This document shows positions 38,127 to 48,280 of a DNA stretch of 64,000 nucleotides, piece after piece. Position 1 is the first letter of the stretch; each line of letters starts with the position of its first letter. Origin of the DNA: Balanoglossus misakiensis (lineage: Eukaryota > Animalia > Hemichordata); assembly GCA_040954595.2 (NCBI GenBank), contig CM082597.2, positions 3,867,924 through 3,931,923 of the forward strand, given 5' to 3'. The notes below the pieces were generated by a model. That model worked only from the letters and a program-made list of their open reading frames with translations. It made no database searches and was not told the origin of the DNA. The translations under genes were made by a program, and so were the position numbers.

Positions 38127-38476
38127 GTAAGTAAGTATGTATGACATCCACAATGTTCACGAAGCGACCAGCTTTCCTGTCATGATCCAGAAGACGTGCG
38201 GAGTAAGTCAGTGTGAGAGAATTAATAGTCCAATTATTGCTGACGGCAATATCACGACGTCATCCAATGCCATCATCGGATATCACGGGGGAAACATTAC
38301 ACGATTCAAGGTTACATCTCCACTTTACTCAATTATATGGGAAGTACCATTCGATTCTACTCTACTGAAATCGTTGATATTAATTATGTTGGATAATTTC
38401 TTCAAGACTTATATTATTCCTATTTTATAACACGACAGTGGTAATATTCCTGTCCATCTTTTTCATATACATGTAT

Positions 38477-39511
38477 TTAAGTTGTGGGGTTGGTCATTTT
38501 TCTCTTTATCGCAAATACCATGTTATTTGGTTCTGTCGACCAAGGGTTCCCAACTTTATTGGCACAGCGAAATAGAACTCTCACACCAGAGCGAAATTTC
38601 TTGTTGGCATACGAGTAAATGAACGGGTTGATGCACGAGTTGACTGCGACCAGCCCCCGGGACAGCTTGTACAGCGTTCCGTCGTAGTCGAGATCGTACC
38701 CGCAGCTTCCGGCGAGAAAGAGGAACTGGTTTGGTCCCCAGCAAATGGCGAACGTCAAACACACGGCCAGGAACATTTTCACCACCTTCTTCTTGGCCTT
38801 CACCGTCCTGTGCTCTCGCGAGATCGCCGCGACGTCCGACACTCGCACGCGCCTTTCGCTCTGCGCGAGGGATTGAAGGATCCGCCAATAGGACCAGGCC
38901 ATTATTGTCAGAGGTATGAAATAAGTTAATAGAGAGATCAAAATTCCCAGCAGAATTGGAATCCAGGACGATGAGGGCCATTCGTACGCGCAGTCGCCGG
39001 TCAGTGGGTCGTACGTATCCAAGGTGATGGTGAAACTTTGCACTGCTATGGAAACTGTCCACGTCACAGCAATGGCGACTCTGACTCTTCCGGGCGTGGC
39101 CAGCAGGTGGTATCTGAACGGGTGAACGATGGCGCAGTACCTCTCCAACGTCAGCGTGACCAGGTTGAACACGGAGGCCGAGAAGTTCACCCACAGCACG
39201 GTGTCGTGGACAGCCCGGCAGTAGAGCTCCCACGCCAACTCGGACTCGAAGTCCAGAACTTCGCGGACGCTTCGCAGGATGAGGAAGACGCAGGCGATGA
39301 GGTCGGCGAACGCCAGACTCACCACCAACTTGTTGGTGTTCTTCCGCCGCAGCGATGTAACGCACAGCATCGCCATGATAACCAGCAGATTGCCGGCCAC
39401 GCCGACGCTGGCAACGGTCACCTCGACTATCTCGGTGGGCAGCAGCAGAAGGCGTTCGGTAGCCGCAGACCGGTTGGCGGAGGCTCCAGTGGTGTCGTCT
39501 TGCACATCCAT
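38477..39511 (-). CDS. Intronless rhodopsin-like (class A) GPCR, galanin/allatostatin-A-receptor-like orphan, 344 aa
   Basis: First ATG at 39511 (MDVQDD...); N-glycosylation site NRS; seven hydrophobic segments with GN (TM1), LAFAD (TM2), C...ERY (TM3), W (TM4), P (TM5), CWGP (TM6), NPFIY (TM7) and helix-8 KFR. Confidence 0.93.
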   Translation of the reverse strand: MDVQDDTTGASANRSAATERLLLLPTEIVEVTVASVGVAGNLLVIMAMLCVTSLRRKNTNKLVVSLAFADLIACVFLILRSVREVLDFESELAWELYCRAVHDTVLWVNFSASVFNLVTLTLERYCAIVHPFRYHLLATPGRVRVAIAVTWTVSIAVQSFTITLDTYDPLTGDCAYEWPSSSWIPILLGILISLLTYFIPLTIMAWSYWRILQSLAQSERRVRVSDVAAISREHRTVKAKKKVVKMFLAVCLTFAICWGPNQFLFLAGSCGYDLDYDGTLYKLSRGLVAVNSCINPFIYSYANKKFRSGVRVLFRCANKVGNPWSTEPNNMVFAIKRKMTNPTT

Positions 39512-40710
39512 AATTTCTTTAAGCAGATTGTGGACACGCCCGGACCATTCAAACTGTACTGAGTTAACGGCACCACACAACACACTTTACCACTTCTCAG
39601 GAAAAAAATCCAGGACCAAACTTTCCCAGAGATCTCTAGGCGAAAGCACAGTCCATATAGAGTGAGTGGCGAAAGGCATCATTTGCGCGGTAACAATACC
39701 TTTATAACACATCGTAAAAAAAACTTATGTCTTGGGGTAGAGTTTTACGAGTTCACGGTTTACCTCTACCGTCACCATGGTTATTCGCATTGATCAAATT
39801 GGACAAATAATTAAAGTTTTATCGCTTTTGTGTGGTTTATATTTGTTAAATATAAAATAACATATAATTTTCATAAATCTCAACAATCTTCAAGATGGGA
39901 CCTTGGCGTACAATTCTTTTCCCCAACCCGATTCCCAGTGTCCCCTTTACTCCCCACCCTAAGATACTTCATCCAATCCAGGTAAATACGTTTATTTGTA
40001 CATACACTCATTTACGGATAAACTTAAGGACGTGTTAAGATAGTCTCATACTTGTAATCCCAAGGACCCCACACATTCAACATGTCCGTGTTTCCTGCTT
40101 TTCTAAGGTTTAATGGCTTCCATTATTTCAATCAGATCGTGCGTCAGTCCAAATTAATGGCGGAAGCGGTATCGTACACCACCATTGAAACGAACCCAGT
40201 GTTCAGCCAAAACCGCGATGAAAGTCTAAATGTATGCATATAATCTGCATATTTTGGAAGCCAGAAGATACTAGTATGTGGAGTGTATTTGCCTGCTGGT
40301 GTTGAGTATACTGAATTTCCCATCAACGCTCCCTCCCCAAATATATATTGCCAACGTCAGTTTGTTGCGTGATTGGCAAAATCAAACAGATTATGAAACA
40401 CGCACACCATGAACCCGCGGATAATTATAGGACTGCCTATAGCTAGCTTCTTTGGAGAACCGCGAGCAAATACTCCTCCGAAATTCTAATCCGACCACAC
40501 AGGTTATTCTAGATCAGTGTCCGTGTGAACTTTGCATGCACGGTTCAAGGTTAGACAGTGCTAGAACGCAGTTTGCGTGTTTGAAGACACAATTCCTGCG
40601 AGGCTTAAAAATCGCACAGGAGAATGATGACAGATAATGGGATTCGCTGATATGAACACAGATAACCACTGGCGATGTTCTCATCAATAAAGTCACTGGC
40701 CTCGCACCTT

Positions 40711-41059
40711 AAGGGACATTTCAATAATTACTACCGGGGGGTGGAAACAATTTTATCGTTGTTCTGACGACATAAATGTAACATAAATTACCCCTAAGCC
40801 ACTCATCCATCTCACGCAAACGGAGGTTCTCGGACAGGAAGCGAAAATGTGAAGATGCTACCTTCTACTAGCGTATCTTTGGAGTCTGGATTGTGATTGG
40901 TATCTATGACAACCGCCAGGATAATCGTGGAAGATTTTGTCAAGAATTGTCTGTTTTTCTCATTAAATGTTTCATACAGAATTCCACAGTAAGGTTGATA
41001 CACAGTCATTTATTTTTTGAACAGCCCCCTCCCCCGTTCAAAATCACTGTATCTGCCCT
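40711..41059. mobile_element. Possible degenerate MITE with AGGG...CCCT ends and subterminal G/C tracts
   Basis: aagggacatttcaataattactaccggggggtgg ... cccctcccccgttcaaaatcactgtatctgccct; similar ends at about 1213 and 42455-42575. Confidence 0.3.
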
Positions 41060-43590
41060 GTTTTGTGGCCTCTGAAATGTATTACACTGCCAAGGTGACT
41101 TCGACCTGTAATGCGATGCACAGTCTTGACATCTGAATGCTCCTTTGTGAAAATTGCTCGCGCAAGAAATGTCCCCGAGGCCAACTGAAATAACGAGCAG
41201 CCGGAATGGAGATTTTGTATATAGGGGACAGAAGACAGACAAACCCGAATGTGACATTTATGTTAGAGAGAATATTTGTAAATGTATCCATAATTCAAAG
41301 TTCTGGCTTCCCAGAGGCGTTTCCACGTCAAAATCAAATGATTACATTTCGGTCTAATGGATTATGGTTATTGTCAGCTCCATATATTGTAACATATTGA
41401 CAGATAGGAGATTATAGCATTGTGGTTGGTCTGTAGGGGGCGCCATTTGGCTCCATGAAATATCGCGACTGTCACTCACAAAGTCGCTATTCTGAATATT
41501 GAAAATATTTTATCCCTCTAAATTTTACTTCAGAGCTTCATCTTAAACCAATTTCGTAATGATTTTGATCGATGTACTTTGGGCTTACCAGAACATTCAA
41601 TCAGGTTGTCACTATGGAATGACTTTCATATTTTAAATTTCAATCAGATTGTGTTAGTTTTTTAGCACTTCAATAGAAATTCGAGGATTCATAATTGAGC
41701 CGGCCAATTTTTCCATCTAATGGTTATATGGTCCCTGGAATATATTTAGCCTGGAACGATACCCACCCCTGCTGTCGCCGAACTGAAAGTCGGCAGATGT
41801 TGAGTACAATTCTGGGGGCCACCATCTGTGAATGGCGGACACTCACGTGATGTGGCGATTGGATACAAAAATGGAACAGTGCACAGGTTTTGGGTTAATA
41901 TGAACTGTTACTAACGTCTCACTTTTCCAAAACCAAAAGTTCCTAGACCATGATACGTACATCACCTTGGTTCAGAAACCCGCAGTTGACGACCAAATTC
42001 ACTAACCATGTCGTCGATAACAATATGGATCACATTTGATTAAAAGAAAACAATGTAATGTGAACTATGAGTTCTTTTCTTCTACTGACTCGATGGACAT
42101 TCATTTCACAGGCGACATTGTATGACGTGAATGTAGTGCCAGTATTTCTAGGCTCGATTAAAATAGTTTTCTTTGTTTTTTTTTTGTTTTGTTTCTGTAA
42201 CATTTTGAAGGTGCCATACCAGTATAATTTGTAGGTAGTACCTATTCATGAAAATAAAACTCATAAAGGCTTTGTTATTTTACTTGTCCATGTCTTACCA
42301 TACAATTGTTTTCTCAAGCATTGATGTGAATAGTCTATATCTAGCTCATGGAGCCATATGTTGCACTCACCAAAACCATGCTTGCAACTGACATGTCAAA
42401 TGTCTTCATTTCGCCTACTGAATACTATAAAATGTTTCTTCTGAGATATCTACTGGGACATTTAACTTGAGAGGGATGCAATTGTTTCAGCAATATTCCC
42501 AGCCCTTCAGTCAAAGTAGTGTGTCAAAAGTGAAAAAAAAGTCCGGGTCCAATGACTCTATTACTGAATGTCCTTTCAACCTGATACATGAAACTGTCGT
42601 TGATAGATTGTTCGTTTGATCACAACCATTTGCTACCACCTTCTGCGTCCATGCTGGTGTTTTACAGGCTATTTTAGGACAATGAGTTTACCAATGCCAT
42701 GTCGACATATGCTGCACTATACAATTAAGGCAAGAAATGACCTTAAACAACGACAATTACTCCCATAACTAATGATAACAATTTAACCATGTGGAGTACC
42801 AGGAGCAGATTGTAATTATAAGCACATCCATTGTACTGAATCAAGTGAAATTGCACAGGATGTTGTCCCTCCATATAAGATCTGCAATATTGTGATCTAT
42901 GTGTGTGTAAATAAGCACCATTTCCAGTTGCAGAACTTTTGAGAAGATCTTTAGTTTGATTTCCGAGTCCCACACTAGGTTAAAGACATTTTTAATAGTT
43001 GGTTCTTCCCTCAGTTGTTGTTAGTCAAGGTTAACATTAACAGTAACCATTTTGGTGTGGACTACACATTCTGAAACTGACAGGAAGATATATTCTGAGT
43101 CCGAAATTCACTCAGTCAACAATGCACCGGAAAAACACAACGATACAATGAACACAATAGGAGCCATGTGTCAAATTTCCCTTCAGTGTTTGCTTTGGAG
43201 AGAACATTCAACAATTTTGTATTGTTAAAAAGAAAGGTTCGAGTTGTGTTTGTCAAAGTTTCTATTTTAAAATGCAATTGTTATTAAGGGGTATCTATCA
43301 CCTGCGCTTTTGATATGTAGGAGTAATCTGCCTGCATGGTTGAACCATGTCTGGGAGTTAACTGTTATGTTACTCTAGATTTTGGATAATTTGAAACTTT
43401 CATGTTCGTGATTGTGTGATTCTTATACGGTAAAATTCATGAAAGAATACAGGCTAAAATGATTTACTATGGAAATATATCTCTTTGATGGTAACAAGAC
43501 ATGTACATCTGTCACAGACAATGTATGCATGTCCAAATGTCACAAATGTCACATGACCTCAGTTAAAAGATATCGAGGTCAGCGGATCTC

Positions 43591-43599
43591 TATATAAAG
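43591..43599 (+). promoter_or_regulatory. TATA box of the CAP-domain gene
   Basis: TATATAAAG, 76 nt upstream of the ATG at 43667. Confidence 0.65.
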
Positions 43600-43666
43600 C
43601 AATACTCACACATCCAATGACCACACATTTGTCATTTGTTTAATGTGAGAAGCAGCCGGTGCAAAG

Positions 43667-46292
43667 ATGGATTCCAAATTGCTGGTTCTCTTGTTTTTGA
43701 CGACCATGATCGTGGTAGGTCCATCATTACAATTTCGATTTCTTACATAGATATCTCTTTTGACATTACATGATAGGATTCTCAGTTTTCCGTCAAAATT
43801 AAGCTTTAAACAACTTAAATAGCGCAGATTCATTTTACATTTAATTGCAGATAGATCATTTGTGTTGATACCATATCATTTTAAAAAAAGCTATGCACAC
43901 ATAAAATGATAAATTGTCACGGATAGATCATATGTGTTGATAACATGGATGTTTGGCCCCAACACTTAACTGAATATCATTTTCCTTTCTTCCAGGCTTC
44001 GCTTTCAATCCCACTGGAGAAAAAGAAGCGTAAGTATGAAATATGCAAATAAGGATAGCGACTCGAGGAAATGACAGTGTGGCAGGATATAATTTTATCT
44101 CTAAAACATCTAAATTTTCCTGAAAAGAACAAATGTTTTTTTAGATTTGCGATTTGGAAAAGCGTTCATTAGATGTGGTCGCATGGTATTACGGCCGAAA
44201 ACCTCATAATTCTATTCTATAAAAGCGGCTGCTACTTTGTAACCGAAAGTTACTTTGTGACCAGATGTTAATTTGTTACCACCGGATGTTGTTTTGGCTA
44301 AATGAAAGGCAAACATATCGCTAAAAGAATTGAGAATGTTTCAGTGGCACCTCCCATCTTCTGCAGCGCTAATTTTATCCAAAATAATATCAAACAATGA
44401 TAATGAATTGTGTCCTTACAATGAGAAAGCACCTGACGCGACATCTGACAGGCGGTGTAGGGGTTGAATTGTTCGCTTGGTGTTATTTTGATAACAATGT
44501 TTCACAGCGCGTCGGATTAGTGTACAACTGTACACGAGGTCAACCGCAATAAAACACAGTCACAGACGCGAGTGACTCACAATATCAGGCGCATATCCAT
44601 ACGTTGGTACTGTTTGGGGGAGGGGGGGATAAAATCTCTGGGATAATGTTTTTGTGGGAATTCATCATGGACAAAGGAAAATTATACGATTATCAAGATA
44701 CCACGTTCAAAAGACTGTCTTCATTGCTAATAACTATCCAATAAAAAGTTCGTGACCGCTGGCAAAGATTTGTGCATTGGATACATCCAGTCCTGACAAA
44801 AGGTAGACAGACGGGTTCCAACTTCAAATTTGCATACTAACAGTGTATTTCATTTGTACCAACAGGTCAAGTCACAAAAGACCCAGCATGCTTACATGCT
44901 CTGTATCCGATGCTATGTGCTGACAAGAAAGGGTGCATCAAAGAGAGCCAAGTATGTGATGGTATCAAGACATGCGCAGATAACAGTGATGAGGAGAATT
45001 GTGACGGCAACGGAAATGGTAAACAACTTTCTGCTTACATTTAGTCGTGGCTGAACATGACTATTCAAGCTAAAATGTCATACAAGCGTGGTTGCATAAA
45101 TGCACTTGCTACAAACATAGGCCTACATACATTCATACATACATACATACTTATCAATTCATTCCTTCGTTAATTTTGAAGGGGATAATGGAGGCGGGGA
45201 TAATGGCAATGGAGGCGGGGATAATGGCAATGGAGGCGGGGATAATGGCAACGGTGACGGCGGTGGCAACGGTGACCAAGACACCGGCAATGGAGATTGT
45301 AACACCGGCGCCAAAACCCAGGGATCGTGCAGCAACCCCACCGGCGAAGCCACCTGCAACACGGGCCTGGACGACCTGCGTCAGCAGATGCTGAACTCGC
45401 ACAACTACTACCGCTGCCTGCACGGTCTGACAGGTGACGGCCAGATGACCTTGTCGGCTGAGCTGAACAACTACGCCCAGCAGTGGGCCGACCACCTGGC
45501 AAACACTGACACGTCGGCACACAGCGCCAATCGCGGCCAAAACCCGCCAGACCGCGGTGAGAACATCTGGACGGGTTCGGACGCTTCCAGGTGGACAGAG
45601 TTCGAACAGTTTACAGGTAATTGGCTAATAATCATAAGATGGTGGCGGCAATAATAACAATAACACGACTGAACCACAAATTTTCGTCAATACTGACAAA
45701 ATGAAAAAATCATGGAACTTTTGCAAAACAGCAGAATAGTTGTGATGAAGACTGAACTGGGCAGTATGTGGGTGTTTGAAAACTTAGGATCTGTCCCTGG
45801 TTTCAACCCATTTTTTGATCACGTGTTTATTTTATTGACAGGCGAAGCCCCAGTCGGTGACTGGTACTCCGAAATCAGTAACTACAACTGGCAAACATAC
45901 ACTGGCAATGGAAACTCCATGGTTGGTAAGTCACCGTGTTAGTTCACCAAAAGAGGGGCGCATGATAGGTCAGACGGTGGCAAGGGTTCCGACACCAAAA
46001 GAGCGTTTCGGTCAGAATCGTACCGGTAACAGAAAGGTACAACAAAATGGCTGGCTTATCTCCTTTCTCTGAATACTAGTAAATCACTATTGTCCGACAC
46101 TCACATCATTTTTATGTCGTTCTGATGATTGCAGGTCATTTCACTCAGGTCGTCTGGAAGGGGAGCACGGAGCTGGGATGTGGTGTAGGCAGAGGTGAAC
46201 GGCCGTGGGGACCCAAATTTTATGTCGTCTGCCAGTACCGCCAGGCTGGCAACATTGCAGCCCCTTCGGAGAATGTCCCGCCACTGGTGTAG
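43667..46292 (+). CDS. Secreted LDLa + G/D/N-repeat + CAP (SCP/PR-1, GAPR-1/GLIPR2-like) protein, 6 exons, 303 aa
   Basis: Exons 43667-43714, 43996-44029, 44866-45018, 45182-45616, 45842-45925 and 46135-46292 are GT-AG and phase-consistent (912 nt). Signal peptide MDSKLLVLLFLTTMIVASLS; LDLa ...CDGIKTCADNSDEENC; CAP motifs HNYYR, AQQWA, GENIW, WYSE, GHFTQVVWKGSTELGCG, VVCQY..GN. AATAAA at 46482. Confidence 0.9.
44866..45018 (+). CDS. LDL-receptor class A domain exon (phase 1-1)
   Basis: QVTKDPACLHALYPMLCADKKGCIKESQVCDGIKTCADNSDEENCDGNGN; six Cys and SDE motif. Confidence 0.88.
45182..45616 (+). CDS. G/D/N repeat plus N-terminal half of the CAP domain
   Basis: DNGGGDNGNGGGDNGNGGGDNGNGDGG...MLNSHNYYRCLHG...GENIWTG. 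Confidence 0.9.
45842..45925 (+). CDS. CAP domain exon
   Basis: EAPVGDWYSEISNYNWQTYTGNGNSMV. Confidence 0.9.
46135..46292 (+). CDS. CAP domain last exon
   Basis: HFTQVVWKGSTELGCGVGRGERPWGPKFYVVCQYRQAGNIAAPSENVPPLV*. Confidence 0.92.
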
Positions 46293-47112
46293 GTTCAAGA
46301 GCGGTCTATATATCGCTGTTTCCTATTGGGCAGTTTAGGGCAATGGCTGAAAACTTTAGGTTGAGCAACCAATATTTTTTGATGTTTTAATTGCACTTTA
46401 TCTGATTCCAAGGAAGATTTTGAACGGATATCAGTCTTGTCAGGGACTATAGGTATATTATGTGAGTAGATCTGTAACTAAAATAAAATAAAACAGCAAT
46501 CGCGATGCTACTGATTTTTTGCAATCATTTATACCCTGTTGAGCGCAGTGTACATGACGATGTAGCGCCCCCATCGATGAGTACCATGTCCGCAACAGGT
46601 TGGAATGGCCAACGTCAACCTGCCGAACATTTATCATGGCTTATGTCTAGAAACGTATAATCAAATGTCAAATGGTGGTTGTAATGTTCATCACTTTGCC
46701 CATGCTATGAATGAATATTCAAAGCGTTTTCATGGTCGATGTCACAGTCCAAAACGGATCTATAGATAATGAAAACATAAAGGGAAGCACTGTTCAAGAA
46801 AATCAACAAGTACAGTCGGTTTGTCATAACGTCTATTTGAGGGCGCTGCAAATATGTCTTCTTGATCATAACTTAGAGGGTCCACTGGAACGCTCTATCG
46901 GAACGGGCTGGGGGTTCTAATCGAACGTTGTGATAGAAACGCGCCGCGACGCGCTGATCGGAGACAGCTGACAGGCAATGAACGGGGATGGACGCAGGCC
47001 GCGCGAATGAAGTTCATAACTGATGAACTTCGAGAGGGACTGTGTAGAACTGTAACTCCGTTGACAATGATATAACGCTGGGGAATTTGAAAGTTGAACA
47101 ACGGACGTTGCA

Positions 47113-47327
47113 ATGCGAGCCATGACGATAGACGAGATAGTGCGGGCAACCGATGTCCATCCCACAGACTACCCCTTCGCATCCCGCTATTCTCAGCCGC
47201 CAACCAACGGGAGGCCGTACACGGTGGTGCCGGATATTCGAGTCACACAGGCGGACGGCGACGCCGACGTGATCGTCCCCTGGTCGAAGTATTTCAAACA
47301 AAAACACCCAGCAACGTCAAATGTCAG
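47113..47327 (+). CDS. Probable first coding exon of an unidentified gene continuing downstream
   Basis: GC-rich ORF with gccATG at 47122; MTIDEIVRATDVHPTDYPF...VVPDIRVTQADGDADVIVPWSKYFKQKHPATSNV; ends at CAG|GTTTGT where composition turns AT-rich. Confidence 0.5.
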
Positions 47328-48223
47328 GTTTGTGAAGTTTACTATGAATGTTAACATCACCGTGTAGTTTGAACTAAGTTTTTTTTGCACACCCCATTTC
47401 TGGCCTTCTCTTAAGAAAAAAAATGGTTTGCTGTCTTTTTACTCTAACTTTTACAGGACAAATTTGCCCAAAGTTACAGAAGCATCAATATATAGTTAAC
47501 TGACTCGACACACATCTTCTTTAATCGTCCCATAAACCACACCCCTTTCAAACCTTCTATTGTTAATATTGATGAACCAACCAATCAACCAACTAATAAA
47601 ATATGCTTGATGATCGTCCTGCATCGTCGATGGTTACAATGTTGCGTTCGTTATTTGTTTTATCAGGAATATTTTTAACTGGGACTCCTTCCCATTATTT
47701 CAATTTTTAGCATGAAAATCAGTCTGAGTTTATGACGGACCGTTCTGTTAGGTTTAGCCTTTATTTTGAGGCGCTTTAAAAGTAAAAAAAAAAGAAAGTA
47801 TACCTAAGTCGTTCGGATGTTACATGTCAAAATCAAATCTCGATTAAAGTTGACGTGTACTCCAGACATCTCGTGAGTCCCAGTACACACACACAGTTGC
47901 AAGTTCGCAGTCACCACCGCGTCATATTTGCCCAAGTAATACCCCTTTCCAAACATACAACGGCGAACCGGGCAACACAAGAGTCCCACGCGACCTAATA
48001 AAGTCACGCACCCGATAAATATCATGTTTAGGTTACACATAATTCTTTTATTGTTGCTACGCGTCGCCCTGGGAGAGTCGGTTCTATTTTCGAACATTCC
48101 ATTCCACCCGACAAACCCGCGCACGATGACTGATCGAATGTCAACCACAGGAGAAAAGTCAGCAACAATAATAATTAAAATAATAATATGTAACAGGTTT
48201 GACCTGAGTCCGAGCACAGCGCA

Positions 48224-48280
48224 GTAACGGTATTAGTCACCCCATTGCCTTGCTTGTGTAACGGTATTAGTCACCCCATT
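48224..48280 (+). repeat. Perfect 23-bp direct repeat with 11-bp spacer
   Basis: gtaacggtattagtcaccccatt at 48224-48246 and 48258-48280. Confidence 0.9.

Noticed and set aside
38556-39665. 269-aa, 174-aa and 128-aa ORFs overlapping the GPCR, and the 39583 start
   Set aside because: Alternative or antisense frames of GC-rich coding DNA; 39583 is a TTG and the first ATG is at 39511
48224-48280. Repeat-spacer-repeat as a CRISPR array
   Set aside because: Only two repeats, an 11-bp spacer, eukaryotic context and no cas genes
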